A DNA stretch of 64,000 bases from the human T2T-CHM13v2.0 reference genome, Homo sapiens: the NCBI RefSeq assembly GCF_009914755.1, contig NC_060931.1. One strand, given 5' to 3'. This document shows positions 1-14,537 of the stretch, piece after piece. Under the pieces are notes generated by a model. That model was not told the origin of the DNA. It saw only the letters and a list, made by a program, of their open reading frames with translations, and made no database searches. Each line of letters starts with the position of its first letter. Position 1 is the first letter of the stretch. Made by a program: the position numbers and the translations under genes.

Positions 1-240
1 AATCTAGTTTTTATATTTTCTAAACAATGCAATCAAATCAACAGTTCCCCACAGAATTAAAGCCCTCTCCTCAAAATCAGTAATGATCTTTTTTACATAT
101 TCCTCCACAAGATACATATTTTCTTTTAAAAAATTAAATACAATTTAATATATTGAATTATATCTTAGATTTAGAATCAGCGTTTAATACAAAAAAGTTT
201 TTACAAAAGTGAAAAATCACAATTGGAAAAAGTACCTTAC

Positions 241-378
241 CTCAGGGTAAAGATTGAATCTTTTTAATGTATTAATGACAAGGGGGTATTCAGTCAGTTT
301 ATCATTCATAATCATCCATACTCCATTCAAAAATGAGGGTGCTTCCACAATAGTCTTGAAATAGGAATAATATAGTCC
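241..378 (-). CDS. DPY19L1: DPY19L1 coding exon 4 (138 nt; [46 protein letters not shown])
   Basis: Acceptor tttcag and donor gtaagg; phase 0-0. Peptide matches my recollection of human DPY19L1 and the DPY-19 family GLYYSY motif. Confidence 0.96.
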
Positions 379-1357
379 CTGAAATAAAGATATGCTCAAT
401 TAAAATAACAAAAGGTACATAATTATGATGCCACTTCTAAGTAAATACACTGTTTTTGAAAAACAAAGCAATTAAGTAATAGCTATTAATACAATGAATT
501 TCACAGGTTTCTGATCACTGATAAATCCTAAAGTTGTGAAAAAACTATGTATTTTCACATAAATGCATCTTAATTGAAATAACTGAATGCAAAATAGCTT
601 CAAAAAGTTTCAGCATTTAAAAAATAATACGACTCAGCATACTTCAACTTAGAAAATCCTATTACTTATACTAATATCACTCTTAGAAAATGCTATCTTA
701 TGAATAGAGTGAGTGGTTTATTATGGAACTAAAATTTATCATGAACCAAGAAATCTCAAGCCAAAAATACTCCTCTAACTGCTTATTTTAATCCCCAAAA
801 TGACACTATCAGTCATTTTTCCTCCGGATTTACATGCAAAAATGCAAATGTGTTGAGAAGGCTACACACTGATGTATTATTACATATGAATTTCACTCGG
901 GTGCCACCTAATTTTACAGATTATTTTCCCTCCTATCAAGTCAGCATAAGGTAAGAACCCTGTGCGACTGGGGATAAGGGTGGGGAGTGGTCCTCTTTTG
1001 AAGAAAAGAGACAGTTTTTAGCTTGGCACACTACTTTGGAAAGATAGCAAGGGTGAAATAATATGTGAGACAAAAAAAAAACAAGAAAATACTAGAAGCC
1101 TAACGGAGAGTCTAAGTGGCAGTATGAGGGAAGACAGAAACACAAGATAAATCTACGTCTTGTATTTGCATCTTCAGTTTTCCCTGGAGCTGCCCTGGTA
1201 GCCAGTACCAGTAGCTGCCAAAGTTTAAACTGGGTTTAAGACTCACAAATACAAAAGAGATATGCCTATCCAGAAACTTATTGAAAAAGAAAAAAATGGT
1301 CTTGATACTCTGATGTATCGACTCTGATACCACTATTTTTAAAATTATGTTTCCTTG

Positions 1358-1810
1358 TGTACTGATTTGGATAGTGTCCCCTAAAATTTCATGTCCACCA
1401 GACCCTGTGGAGTGATCTTATTTGGAAATGGGATTCTTGCAGACGTGATCAAGTTAAGATGAGGTCATATTGGATTAAGGTGGACTCTAAACCCAACACA
1501 ACTGATGTACCTACATAAAGAGGAATATTTGGCCTCAAAGCTACAGGCACACAGGGGAAAAGGCCATGTGAAGAGGGGTCAGAGACTGGGGTGAGGCATC
1601 AGCATGCCAAGGAATTCCAAGGATGGCCAGCAACCACCAGAGGCTGAGAAGAGACAAGGAAGGACTCTCCCCTCCAGCCTTCAGAGACAAGATGCCCGTC
1701 AACACCTTAATGTCCCACTGCTAATCTCTGGAACTGTGAGAGAATATATTTCTGCTGTTTTAAGCCACCTAGCTTGTTGCACTTCTTTATGACAGCCCTA
1801 GGAAACTATA
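1358..1810 (+). mobile_element. MaLR solo LTR (MLT1B/C-like)
   Basis: Diagnostic ttatttggaaat..gttaagatgaggtcat and ..gcagccctaggaaacta segments. Confidence 0.75.
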
Positions 1811-2005
1811 CCTTCCTTCTTTTGTAGGTTTGATTTTGGAAACATATGTTTAATTATAAAACAAAAATTTAAAAATCCCTAAATATCAAAATAAAAATGA
1901 AAGAAAGGAATTAACTATTTATCAACTTGGAAGAAGATTTCAAGTAACATTAAGATACTGTAATTTTACTGTATATCCCTAGTGGACTATATCCTAAGGT
2001 TAAAA

Positions 2006-2541
2006 TGGAGCCCAGGAACTTGGCAGGACTGGTTTCACAAGTTACAGGTCACAAAGACCCTGCTGATAACACAGGATGCGGTGAAGAAGCCAGCCAAAAC
2101 CTGCCAAAACCAAGATGGCAACTAAAGTGATTTCTGGTCATCCTTAGTGCTCATTATAATACATTAGCATACTAAAGGAAACTCCCACCAGCAGCATGAC
2201 AGTTTACATATGCCATAGCAACCTCTGGAAGTTACCCTGTATGGTCTGAAAGAGGGAGGAATCCTCAGTTCCAGGAATTCCCCTCCCTGTTCCCAAAATA
2301 CTCATGAATAATCCACCTCTTGTTTATCATATGATGAAGAGATAACCTTAAAAACAATCAACCAGCAGCCCTCACAGCTGCTCTGCCTGTGGAGCAGCCA
2401 CCCTTTCATCCCTTTACTTTCTTAAGGTAAACTTCTTTTCACTTTACTCTGTTGGAGCATTCTTGAATTCCTTCCTGCCCAAAGCCAAGAACCCACATGG
2501 CCTCCTGGGCTGAGCCCCAATTCTGGGGGTTGCCCTGTGAA
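2006..2541 (+). mobile_element. ERV1 LTR, MER41 family
   Basis: caggtcacaaagaccctgctgataa, aaaaccaagatggc and ctcatgaataatccacc motifs; homologous to 15240-15869. Confidence 0.75.
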
Positions 2542-3884
2542 GAAGCGAACTGCAAGAAAATCTTAAACTCTTTTCAGTAATCACATTTTTAATTATACCT
2601 TTGGTACTTTTATTCCTAACAAATCAATAATTTGAAACCAAGATTCTCAAACTAAAAGATTAATATCAAATAAGTAAAAAAAAATCTAATCTTGTTTCCA
2701 TTTAAAAAATTAATATAAATTCATGATTTCTTTTCTCTTTAAAAAAATTTTTGTAGCCTAATTCTCTTCAGTAAAAAGGCCAAAATACAATGGCCAATCT
2801 AGTAGCAATGAGCATCTGCCACTGACAGAAATGGTGGCTCATGGGAAAACTGGCTGATGCCAGGTCTGAGAAGAAAATGTCTTGTAGTACCTGAAAGTAA
2901 GGAAGCCATGGATACTAGTGAGGTCACATCAAGGGCAAACAAGGAGAGCTGCAAGGGCTTTAATAGCTAAAGACAGGAAAGTTTACAAAATATGTTAAAA
3001 TCCATCATATCATAATGATACTCCAAAAGAAGGTACTCCATTGATCACTACTAGAAGATGCTAGGGAAGCTACTCATTTTTCTGAATATTAGTAAATAAA
3101 AAGAAAGAATAAAGCATCTTTCTGACTTTCCTCTATGATATACCTCAGGGAGAAATCAAAAGGTATTGTGTGAAAGTTCTTAATAGAAGAATTATAGCTA
3201 ATAAGTGCAAAGAAAAAAATGATAGATTAGGTACCACAGTTTGAGAAGGATAATGAAATAACTAACCTAGGCTGATGGCTAGGCTATAGGAGGAATCAGC
3301 ATCACAATACCTAAAGCCAGTGATCACTCTTAACATCACAGAAAGTGAGACAACCAGATATGATGTGCCTCTTGGCCTGATACAATAGAAGTATACAGCA
3401 CCACCTAGGAAGTATTCCTGCCAGAAAATAAGTCAAATCTTCTGATCCATAAATGTTCAGGAAACTTGGGATACAGGAACATAATTGAAGAATGAGGATT
3501 ATTGTGGGTAATTCTATAGGACAAATCAGCTGGATTTCTCAACAAACAAATAGCAGGAAAACAAAACAAAAACAGGTAAAGAAATTCACATATTAAAAGA
3601 CTTAAGATACACATCAACTAAATGCAATGTGTAGGCACTGTTTGGATCCTATTCAAACACATCAACTGTTTTTTTGTTTTTTTTTTTTTAAAGTGCCAAA
3701 CAGGGCATTTAAATACTGATTTCTATTTGATTATATTAAGGATATTGTTAAATGTTTTCCAGTATGTCTTGTGCCATGGTTTTGTGCCATAGTTAAAACA
3801 AAGTCTTATCTTTAGAGACACTTATGAAAGTATGAAAGCATGAAATGATATAATGTCTGGGATTCCCTTTAAAAAGAGATAGTT

Positions 3885-4499
<615 letters not shown>

Positions 4500-4554
4500 T
4501 TAAATGTTTTTAAATTCCTAAAGTACTATGATGAAATCCCAAATAAAAACTAAC

Positions 4555-4642
4555 CATTTCAGTGCGAAAAGCCATCTCCCTTTCCAATGTTGAGAGGTGA
4601 GAAAAATGACGGTCATTTTCAAAGAGGTGTGTTATATGGCTC
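4555..4642 (-). CDS. DPY19L1: DPY19L1 coding exon 3 (88 nt; (W)[29 protein letters not shown])
   Basis: Acceptor ttttccag and donor gttagt; phase 2-0, joining exons 2 and 4 in frame. Contains the conserved DPY-19 FSHLS.LEREM.FRTE motif. Confidence 0.96.
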
Positions 4643-5244
4643 CTGGAAAAACAAAACAAAGCAATAGTGTTAAAACTTACACTCTAAGTATTATTTTTTA
4701 AAGTAAGCTAAAAGCAAAAATAAAAGTATCAGTTAACTTGCAGATAATTTTGTAATAACACTCAAATACAATAGTATCTATATTTTTTTCACTCAGTATG
4801 TATTGCATTTATACTAAAATTTCCCTCTCTAAAAAATCAAATTAGATTTTAAAATTAAAATGAACCAGAATATTTTAAGTGAAGTACAATAAAAGTATAG
4901 ATTAAACTGTAAATGTCATTGGGTTACCATTTTAGAAACATCTAATGAAATTCATATTTCTATCTAGAAGATTAAATAAATTAATCTCTCTCTCACCATG
5001 AACATATTAATGTTGAGTGGAGTCTCAAATATAGCCTCTTTAATAATGAATCTCTTTTTTATTAAACAATTATATTATTCTGACCCTGATTTATCAATTA
5101 AACTAGTTTTTCAGACTATTGTGTTACATGTAATATATATTCATACTGATCATGCTGAAATTATTCCTTTAAATGTATGGGAAATAGCTTTAGCAAGTTA
5201 TAAACGTCTGCATAAAATACCATAGGAGAAAAAAACAATCTTAC

Positions 5245-5269
5245 CAGTGCAACACTGCTGCAAAAACAG
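5245..5269 (-). CDS. DPY19L1: DPY19L1 coding exon 2, 25-nt microexon ((A)VFAAVLHW)
   Basis: ttttcttacag|CTGTTTTTGCAGCAGTGTTGCACTG|gtaaga; phase 1-2 bridges the first exons to exon 3. Confidence 0.94.
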
Positions 5270-5966
5270 CTGTAAGAAAAAAGAAATTTAAATTAGAATT
5301 TTAGCATAAACATGTTCATCTTACAGAAAAGCCATTTCAAAGATAAAGCATGTCAAATATTGAAATGTGTAAAAAAGAATACTGGGTCTTCAAAAAAGTC
5401 CCAGGGCTACGTTTAAAATTGTGATTGACTAGCTCATAAGGGAATTAAGCATACAGCCACCATTTTCACTCACTCACTCATTCAACAAAATATATGAAGG
5501 CCTAATATCCGCTAATAGACAGAAACCATTAGATGGAAACTATTGCTAATAGAACTGAGAGAGGAATGGAATCAACAGGTAAGGATAACTTAGAATAAAG
5601 AAATATGGTGGCTGAGGGGTACAGGATTGGGGGTGGAAGAAAAAAGGGAACTACCACTTCTGATATACTGCTGCAATGCCTGAAATTTTATGACAAATAT
5701 TAACCCGTGTCTTTAAACAAATTTAAAATGAAATGAGTAAAGGAGAAGAAAAGGTAAGAGAGAGAAAACAAGCTAGTAATAAAATCAGTCTCATATGAAA
5801 ATCAATACCTTGCTATCTGTCCAAGCAGAAAGAACATACTAAGATGAACCTGGAAGACACCATTCAATTTTCTTATCTCACAAGATACAGCTGATGGCAG
5901 GCTTCTGATTAAATAACTCTTAACTAAGGAATCAACCTATGAAAATACTCCTAGAAAGGAAACCCA

Positions 5967-6127
5967 GGCCAGATACAGTGGCACATGCCTGTAGTATCCA
6001 TTACTGGGGAAGCAGAGGCAGCATCATCTCGAGCCCAGGAATTCAAGGCTGCAGCAGTGTGCTATGACTATGACTGTTAACAGCCACTGCTCTCTAGCCT
6101 GGGCAACATACTGAGACTCTGTTTCTC
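5967..6127 (+). mobile_element. FAM (fossil Alu monomer)
   Basis: Single monomer retaining the 7SL-derived gtgctatgactatgactgttaacagccactgc segment. Confidence 0.7.
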
Positions 6128-6314
6128 AAAAAAACAAAAGAAAGAGAAAAAGAAGAAGTAGGAGGAAGAAGAAGGAAAAAGAAAGAAGAAGAAGGAAGAA
6201 GAGAAGGAGAAGGAAGAAGAAAGAAGGAAGAAGAGGAGGAGAAGGAAGAGGAAAGAAGGAAGAAGAGAGGAGGAAGGAAGAATAAGGAGGAAGAGAAGGA
6301 AAGAAAAATGAAAA
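6128..6314 (+). repeat. GAA/GGA polypurine low-complexity tract
   Basis: Nearly pure A/G sequence extending from the FAM tail. Confidence 0.9.
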
Positions 6315-6557
6315 CCAAATAGATCAGATCTTATTGTTTTATTCTTAAAGTCAGTTATATTTTTTCATTTAAAAATCCATTTTGCCTTGGAAATACGAAT
6401 GGTTACTTCTAGATAATTGAAGTTACAAATATCTAACTTAGTTTGTCATTTGACTTTTTTTAATAAGATATATTGATCTTTTGAAATTTTAAATTTTTTT
6501 CTTATTAACAAATCTACCATTTGCTTCCTTTTAGTTTCTGTCTTTAAAAACTTTATC

Positions 6558-6828
6558 TGCCAGGCTCATGACTATAATCCCAGCTACTCGGCTGGAGGAA
6601 GTAGGGGGATCAGCTGAGGACAGGAGTTTAAATCTAGGCTGGGTAACACAGCAAGATCAGGTCTTTACAAAGCACGAGCCTATTGTCCCAGCTACTCAGG
6701 AAGGCTGAGCTGGGAGGATCGCTTGAGTCCAAGAGGTTGAGGTTGTAGTCAGCTATGATCACACCACTGTACTCTAGCCTGGATGACACAACAAGACCCT
6801 GTCTCTAAAGAAAAAAAATAATAATAAT
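6558..6828 (+). mobile_element. Degenerate AluJ
   Basis: Diverged dimer containing ggaggatcgcttgag..agctatgatcacaccactg. Confidence 0.7.
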
Positions 6829-7333
6829 CCTAACATAATAAAATTTGGTCTTTATTTTCACAATGATTCAACTATCATTTTCTGAATAAATTATTTTTCT
6901 CCCATTGAATGTAAATGCAACTTTTATCATACTGAAGACTTGCCATGCTTCTACTTTGGTAATCACTCTGAGGTTATAATTGGATTTTCACTTATAAAAT
7001 TAATTTGGGAAGAATTTACACGTTTACAATATAGAGCCTTCATATCCATAAATGTGGTGTGGGTATATACATATGTTGTATATATAGGTATGTGTATATA
7101 TACATAACATATATCTTCAATTGTTCAAACTGTTTTTCGATAGTCCTTGAGAAAAATTCTACAGGTATTGTTAACATATGCATTTCTTATGAAGTTTCTC
7201 CTGGGAGTTAAACATTTTTTTCCTGCTAATATTCATAAAATGTTTTTTATTATACATTATTGGATATTGTTAAGGCATTTATTTTTGAAGAGTATTTATT
7301 TTGCAATGTATTTATTTTTGGTTCATTTACTAA

Positions 7334-7682
<349 letters not shown>

Positions 7683-7825
7683 TAATTCTTCATTTTAAAC
7701 AGTATTATTTACATATAATAATTTTGTTCCTGTTTTATAATTTTACTATTAGTTTCTTATTCCTGACAAAAACAATAAACTTCTAGAATATTACTAAACA
7801 ATTCTGGTAAATGGGGGCACTCTTG

Positions 7826-7863
7826 GCGTTGGTGGTATAGTGGTGAGCATAGCTGCCTTCCAA
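7826..7863 (+). pseudogene. 5' half of tRNA-Gly(TCC), tailless retropseudogene
   Basis: GCGTTGGTGGTATAGTGGTGAGCATAGCTGCCTTCCAA matches the recalled first 38 nt of human tRNA-Gly-TCC. Flanked by a ~16-bp direct repeat (7810-7825 / 7862-7877). Confidence 0.88.
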
Positions 7864-8189
7864 AGGGGGCATTCTTGATTTCTGCTGACTTTAACAGCAA
7901 TGCATTTCCTATTATGCCATTAAGTTGGCCTTTGACCTTCACAATTCTGGAGTGCTAACTAGGATTTATCAAGGTCATCATCCCTCTATGTCCTTAAAAT
8001 ACCTTGCTTTCTCAGAATAAGGATGGGAGGTGCAAGAGGCCTCTGGTGCCTTTTAGACAATACACAAGGACAACACTTGGAGTTCCTGACACTCTTTCAC
8101 AGTCTCCAGGGTCCATTCATCATCTGCCCAATGTTTTGAATTCCTTTTTTTCATTTCAACTCAGTAACAATGATGAGAGCAATGGAGCT

Positions 8190-8395
8190 AACACTTGAAT
8201 GCTTATTACACACCCAACACTTTATAAGTACTTTACTTGTACTAGCCAGATAAATCCTCACAACTACCTTATGTCATATGTACAAATATTTCCACAGTAT
8301 ACAGACTAGAAGTTGAGGCACAGAGTAGTTGAGTAACTTGCATAAGAATGCACACCAAGTAAACCCAGTAAGGGAGGCTGGACTCAGGAATTCTG
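8190..8395 (-). mobile_element. MIR
   Basis: aatcctcacaac..ttgaggcacagag..taacttg core. Confidence 0.6.
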
Positions 8396-10019
8396 CCCTG
8401 CACTGCATGGCTGTTGTAGAAAGAGGATGGAACAGATGAAACAAAAGCCTAGGCCTACTTACCCTAAAGTATTCCTACTCTCCCCTCCTTCTTACTTTTT
8501 TAATCTTAAATATGAAAGAAAAAAATGCTGCAATTCATCTGTTGATATAGGAAGTATATTTTATAGAGGCTATTAATTTTATATAAAATTTGGAGATATA
8601 TTTTACTTAAAAATTGAAATACATTACACATATGTATGTCACTTGAACATGAAAGTCCCAGTAAAGCAAATACTGAGTTGTGAGCATATAATTTAAGAAT
8701 AAAAACGGAAAATGACAAAAACTTCTGAAGGCACCCCTAAAGAGCTTTTCTAGCCTTCTTGCCTACAAAAAAATAATATTTTAAATGATTTTCTCTAAGT
8801 TTATTCCAGTGTTTATCGACGTTTTTGAGAGTGTAACAAAATTGATAATCCATTTATTTCCACTTAAACACATATGCCATTTTTTTTACATTCTAAGGAA
8901 CCAAGATAAATATGGCATTTTAAAAAATCAGAACATAAAATATATTTTTAAAAAATCCAAACCTATTCTATAAGAAAAAGGTGTTCAAGGAAAGGTTTGC
9001 TGTGTAACCTAATTCAAAAAATCACAATCCTTATGGCTAAGAATTTTGTAAGGTTCATAATTTTGCTGGAAGCACAGAAATTACCTACAACCTAAAGCTA
9101 AATTAGACTCTCTAGGATGCTGCATTAACTCTTTCTGATTAAAGAAAATTTTCACCAGACTATATGACACATTATATCAATTTTCAGTCTTACGGGATTT
9201 GAGAGGACTCTACTGAAAATAATTCATCTCCTGTTACTAGACTCTTGTTTAAACAAAACAGATTGTAACTCCCTGAGGGTAGAAACAACATTTACCAAAC
9301 TTTACTACAGTACTTATTAGCACAAAGCTGAGCACGCTCAAGTGTTTGCTGAATTAATGCATAAAGCTTGATATAATTAAGGGGAGGAATGAAATAATCC
9401 AAAATCATGTCCTAATAACCTCAATTGAATATATTTTGATACACACACACGCACACACACACACATCATCCTTTTTCACCAATGGAGCCCCCATTTACTT
9501 TGTGCAGATTAGACACCTGGTCTACAGGCAGCCAGCTCCCTGCCCTCTCGCAGTGGGGCACGGGTCCCAGGTCCCGGTCCCGGACGCCTTGGTGCTGGCG
9601 GCTGGGCGGACACTCCCCTCGGAGAGATTTCCCTGTCCCCAGCCGGCCTGCTCCCTGTGGCCATTTCCTTCCTGCCCCAGCTCCCTGGAAGCCATCGTTC
9701 TTCCCAGCATATCTAGTGTCCTGGGCAAGTGGGGAGGGGAGTTCTCCCACCCCAGGCCCCCATGTCTGGCCGGTAGAGAGCAGGGCAGGTGGAAAGGACG
9801 AAGACACTGAACAAACCATCCTCCAAGTCCCCAAACCTCATTCCATCTCCCACCAGCACCCGGGCCCCCACCTGCTCTTACCCCTTCCCCTCCCAGTTAC
9901 CCCAAGCCAGGGCCCTTCCTAGACGCCGTCCTGAGGGTCACTGGGAAGTACGAATGCTGGGATCTGTAATTTTAAGATTCCCCAGTTGAGTCTAAGGCAA
10001 GCTAAAGTTTGAGACTCAC

Positions 10020-10083
10020 TGTCCTTTCTCTTTCTCCTCCCCAAGGTGCGAGGGCGCCATGAGGCCAGGGTGGGCTTCTCCAT
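10020..10083 (-). CDS. Candidate third alternative first exon (MEKPTLASWRPRTLGRRKRKD+A)
   Basis: ATG with +4G; 64 nt = 21 codons + 1. Consensus donor GACA|gtgagt is phase 1, in frame with exon 2. Lies at the edge of a GC-rich intronic island. No transcript evidence available. Confidence 0.35.
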
Positions 10084-10478
10084 GTGCCTCTCTGTAACCT
10101 GCAGGCTGCTCTCCCACAACTGCAGCCACCAAGGTGTGTTTCTGACCACAAATCAACGTTCCCATCCAGAAGTTAAAAAAATTACTTTTTTTCCTCTTAC
10201 ACATGCACTTCATAAATAGTATTTGCCTTAAAATTCATAAAGCACCTTCACAAACTTGATTTTCACAATAATCTTGTGAGTATTTATCAGCATTTTACAA
10301 ATGAAAGAATGGGCTTCTAAGAGGCTATTCCCTCCAAGGCACATAGCTGGTAAGTGGCTAGAGATGGTTGAACCCAGGTGTCCTAATTCCCAGCCTGAGC
10401 TCCTTCCACTGTGACAGAGCTGCCTCCTTCTCTATGCTGGGCATTTAATGACCTTGTCTTGTAACAATATTTATATGA

Positions 10479-10808
<330 letters not shown>

Positions 10809-12649
10809 GAAGAAATGTATTCTAAGTCCAAAATGATACACATTATCATGTTGAGTAAGTGAAAACTTAAAAATTCAACCTACTCCTAAATTGAGGTTCA
10901 TCTGTACCTAAAGCACGCTAAAGACTTTTGGCATTACTAACCCTCAAGTGACAAAATGACATAAAAAGAAGTTAAGGACACTCCTTAAATCTATCTGGAT
11001 AAAGTTTTCAAATCAAGCTTGACAAGTTCTATTTCCAATCCCTTCCTAACATTACTAGCCATTTCTCACTGTTACAAGGGTTCGTTTTGAGTTTTAAAGT
11101 TTCTTTCCGGAAGCTGAAGTCATCAGTATTGGTTTCCCTGCCCCACAAGTACAATCCATCCTAGGGGGTGAAGTCAATTTCGAAACATACACCTCTAAGC
11201 ATCACATCCCCTTGCTTGAAAAGCCCCATGACTTCCCATTACACACAACATGTAGCCCACACTGGCCTATTTCCAGTCAATCCCACCACACACCCTTCAT
11301 TCTAGATGCACTGGGCAACAATCCCCTAAAACCCCAAGTGCTTTAATGATTCTGTGCCTTTCTTCCTGCCTTAAAAATCTGTAATTTGTCCTTCAAAATC
11401 AAAAGACTTCAAATGTGGCATTTTGTATTGCTTATCCAGCTATCCTAGCTATAATACCACGATTACAGCACCTAAATAGCTAGTTACACACATACCAGTT
11501 TCCTCTGCTAGAATGCAATGGCCTCAAGGCTGAGTCTGTGTATAATTCATCTTTACACTACCTAGTATCATGCCTGGCACTTCGCTGAGTTAAACGGTTA
11601 CATTACTATTAACTACAACCATATAAGATAAATTATAGAATGCACTCAATTAAACAAAAATCTTAACACATAAAGATACTTTCTCAACAATCCAAATTAT
11701 TTGAAGCATTCCCATTACATGAAGGTAAATATCTATTTTTATATATACAATACAATTAAAGTACCTGGAATCAAAGCCCAGTTTCTGTATAGCGAACAAA
11801 TGAAAAGACATTCTTTAGGATCCAGCTTGAGAAAGAGAAAGCAGTCACAGATCCCACAAGCTCAGCTTCTTCCTCCTCCTAGTGCCTAGATTTTTGTGTG
11901 GATTGCTTTGTGTAGCTTCAAAGCCAACAAGTATCTAAATGCCTATTAGATGCACAACACGTTTTCCTAGGAACCAAAAACATTAAAGAAACATAGCCAA
12001 TATCTTTGCCCTTAAAGATAAAATCTTTGAGAGATAAGATTTAGGTACATAAAATAATAAGAGAACACATTAAGCACTCAAGCAGATGGCATAAAGTCTA
12101 AGAACTATAAGAAACCTGAGAAGGCAGATCAGTAATGACCTTAGGGCACGGTTTACTAAGATGGTTAAGAAGAGGTGGGTGGGGGAGGTGGTGGGAGTAG
12201 CAGCCTCAAGACATGGATATAACTTAGGTGTGGATTTATGGCAAACAGCCAGAAAAGACAAATACAATACAGCCAGATATTGGACTTGGATAAAAGAATT
12301 CCCACCACTTATACTGATGATATAGAATATGAATGATAATAATGTCTAATATTTACTGAAGGTCCACTCATTATATACACAGTACATCAGGCTTTCAGCA
12401 CTCCAAGAACAGCAAGAGCCAGATTTTTCCAGCTAGTAGGCCTGGAAGTGCCAAGAATAAGAAAGCCAGAGTCCCTGGGGCCAGTAACCTCCTGGTTTTG
12501 AAGATACCATCTATTTACCCCACTGTGCCACACAAATATTACCATTTTCTTTGCATGCCATTATGTGGAAGGTTGAGAAGCACTGACATTGGTCAACAGA
12601 GAAACCAAGCAAGTTTCAAAGACAACATCATAATGCAGCAATAGAGAGC

Positions 12650-13272
12650 CACAGTGGTCCAAACTCTGGTATTGCATTAGAATCATCAGTGGCACTAAAG
12701 ATAAGAGGTGTCTGAGTATAAATCCAGGGCCCCTAAATCTGAACTCCAGGATTTTTTTTTTATATATTCATAAGTGCTTCTGACATACAGTCAAGGTTGA
12801 TTATCATTGGTACAGAGAATGACTGGGGCACAATCTAGGTAGTTCTTCACAAAATGTAATGTGAGAATCAGCTTCTTGCTACTCCCAGTGTCCTGGAAAC
12901 CAGTAGTAATTGTATCACCTGGGAGTAGCTGGAAATGCAGAGTCTCAGGTCCCATTCCAGACCTCCTGATTCCCAATCCACATTTTAACAAGATGCCTGA
13001 GGTGATTCATAGACACTTTAAAGAGCAGTGTCTCAACACTGACAGCACACTGGAATCACCTGGGAGCTTTCCACATTACTATGTCTGGCATGGGGGTTGG
13101 TGATTGTGCAACCAAGGTAAAGAAAACCCACCTAGGAGGAGCTTGTTAAGCCTGCATTTCTGGGCCCCCACTCTCAGAGATCCTGATTCAATAGATCTCA
13201 CTTGGGGCTTGGACATCTACATTTTTAACACATCCTTGGGTGACTTTATACAGTCCAAACTTTGAGAAGCAG
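12650..13272. mobile_element. Cluster of MER5 (hAT-Charlie) MITEs
   Basis: Repeated agaatcacctggg / cattttaacaag / ggtgattc / tttgagaagcagtg motifs. Confidence 0.65.
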
Positions 13273-13551
13273 TGTCATTATGTCAGAAGGTCCAATGAGA
13301 AGAATATAGTAACAATCCAGGAGTAAGATGACCTGGAGACTAGTGATGAAATGGGCTTTATAAGGAAAAGGGAAATATATTAGTAAATTCAAAAGATACA
13401 CTGAGGGAGAGGTTGGCAAAACGTGATAGCTGAAAATAATGATTAAGAAAGGGAAAGAACTCAAATTCTTTTACTTCCCTCGTAAGAAAGTCATTCTTAA
13501 GAAGAACTATTCCTTAGGTTTTAGATGACTTTCAAGTTATTCAGCCTCTCA

Positions 13552-13900
<349 letters not shown>

Positions 13901-14220
13901 GAGGGTTTTCTCTTTGGTTGTCTCCATCCCTAGCACTTAACGACCTTGAGTAGCTACCTACAGCTGTTATCACTAACACGCTGGGCTTTGTACTCTCCCA
14001 GGTGGACTGCACAGCTATTTTCTGAGAATTTTGTTTTCATTTTGATTTTCCTGCTCCCCGAACTACAAAGCCTTGGTAGGTTTGGCAGTTTTAATTTGTT
14101 TTCTATTTTGAATAGGGAAAGAAATCTATTTTGAATTGGAAAAGAAGGAATGTACTCTATTAATAGAGATATTGAGTTTCAAAGTGAGAAGCAAGATTGC
14201 TTTTAAAATTCAGTCATGAA

Positions 14221-14537
<317 letters not shown>

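Noticed and set aside
7826-7863. Functional tRNA-Gly gene
   Set aside because: The 3' half (T arm/B box, 3' acceptor strand) is absent.
9436-9989. Overlapping 120-146-aa ORFs or a processed pseudogene in the intronic GC island
   Set aside because: No recognisable homology, polyA tail or TSD; ORF length is explained by GC content.
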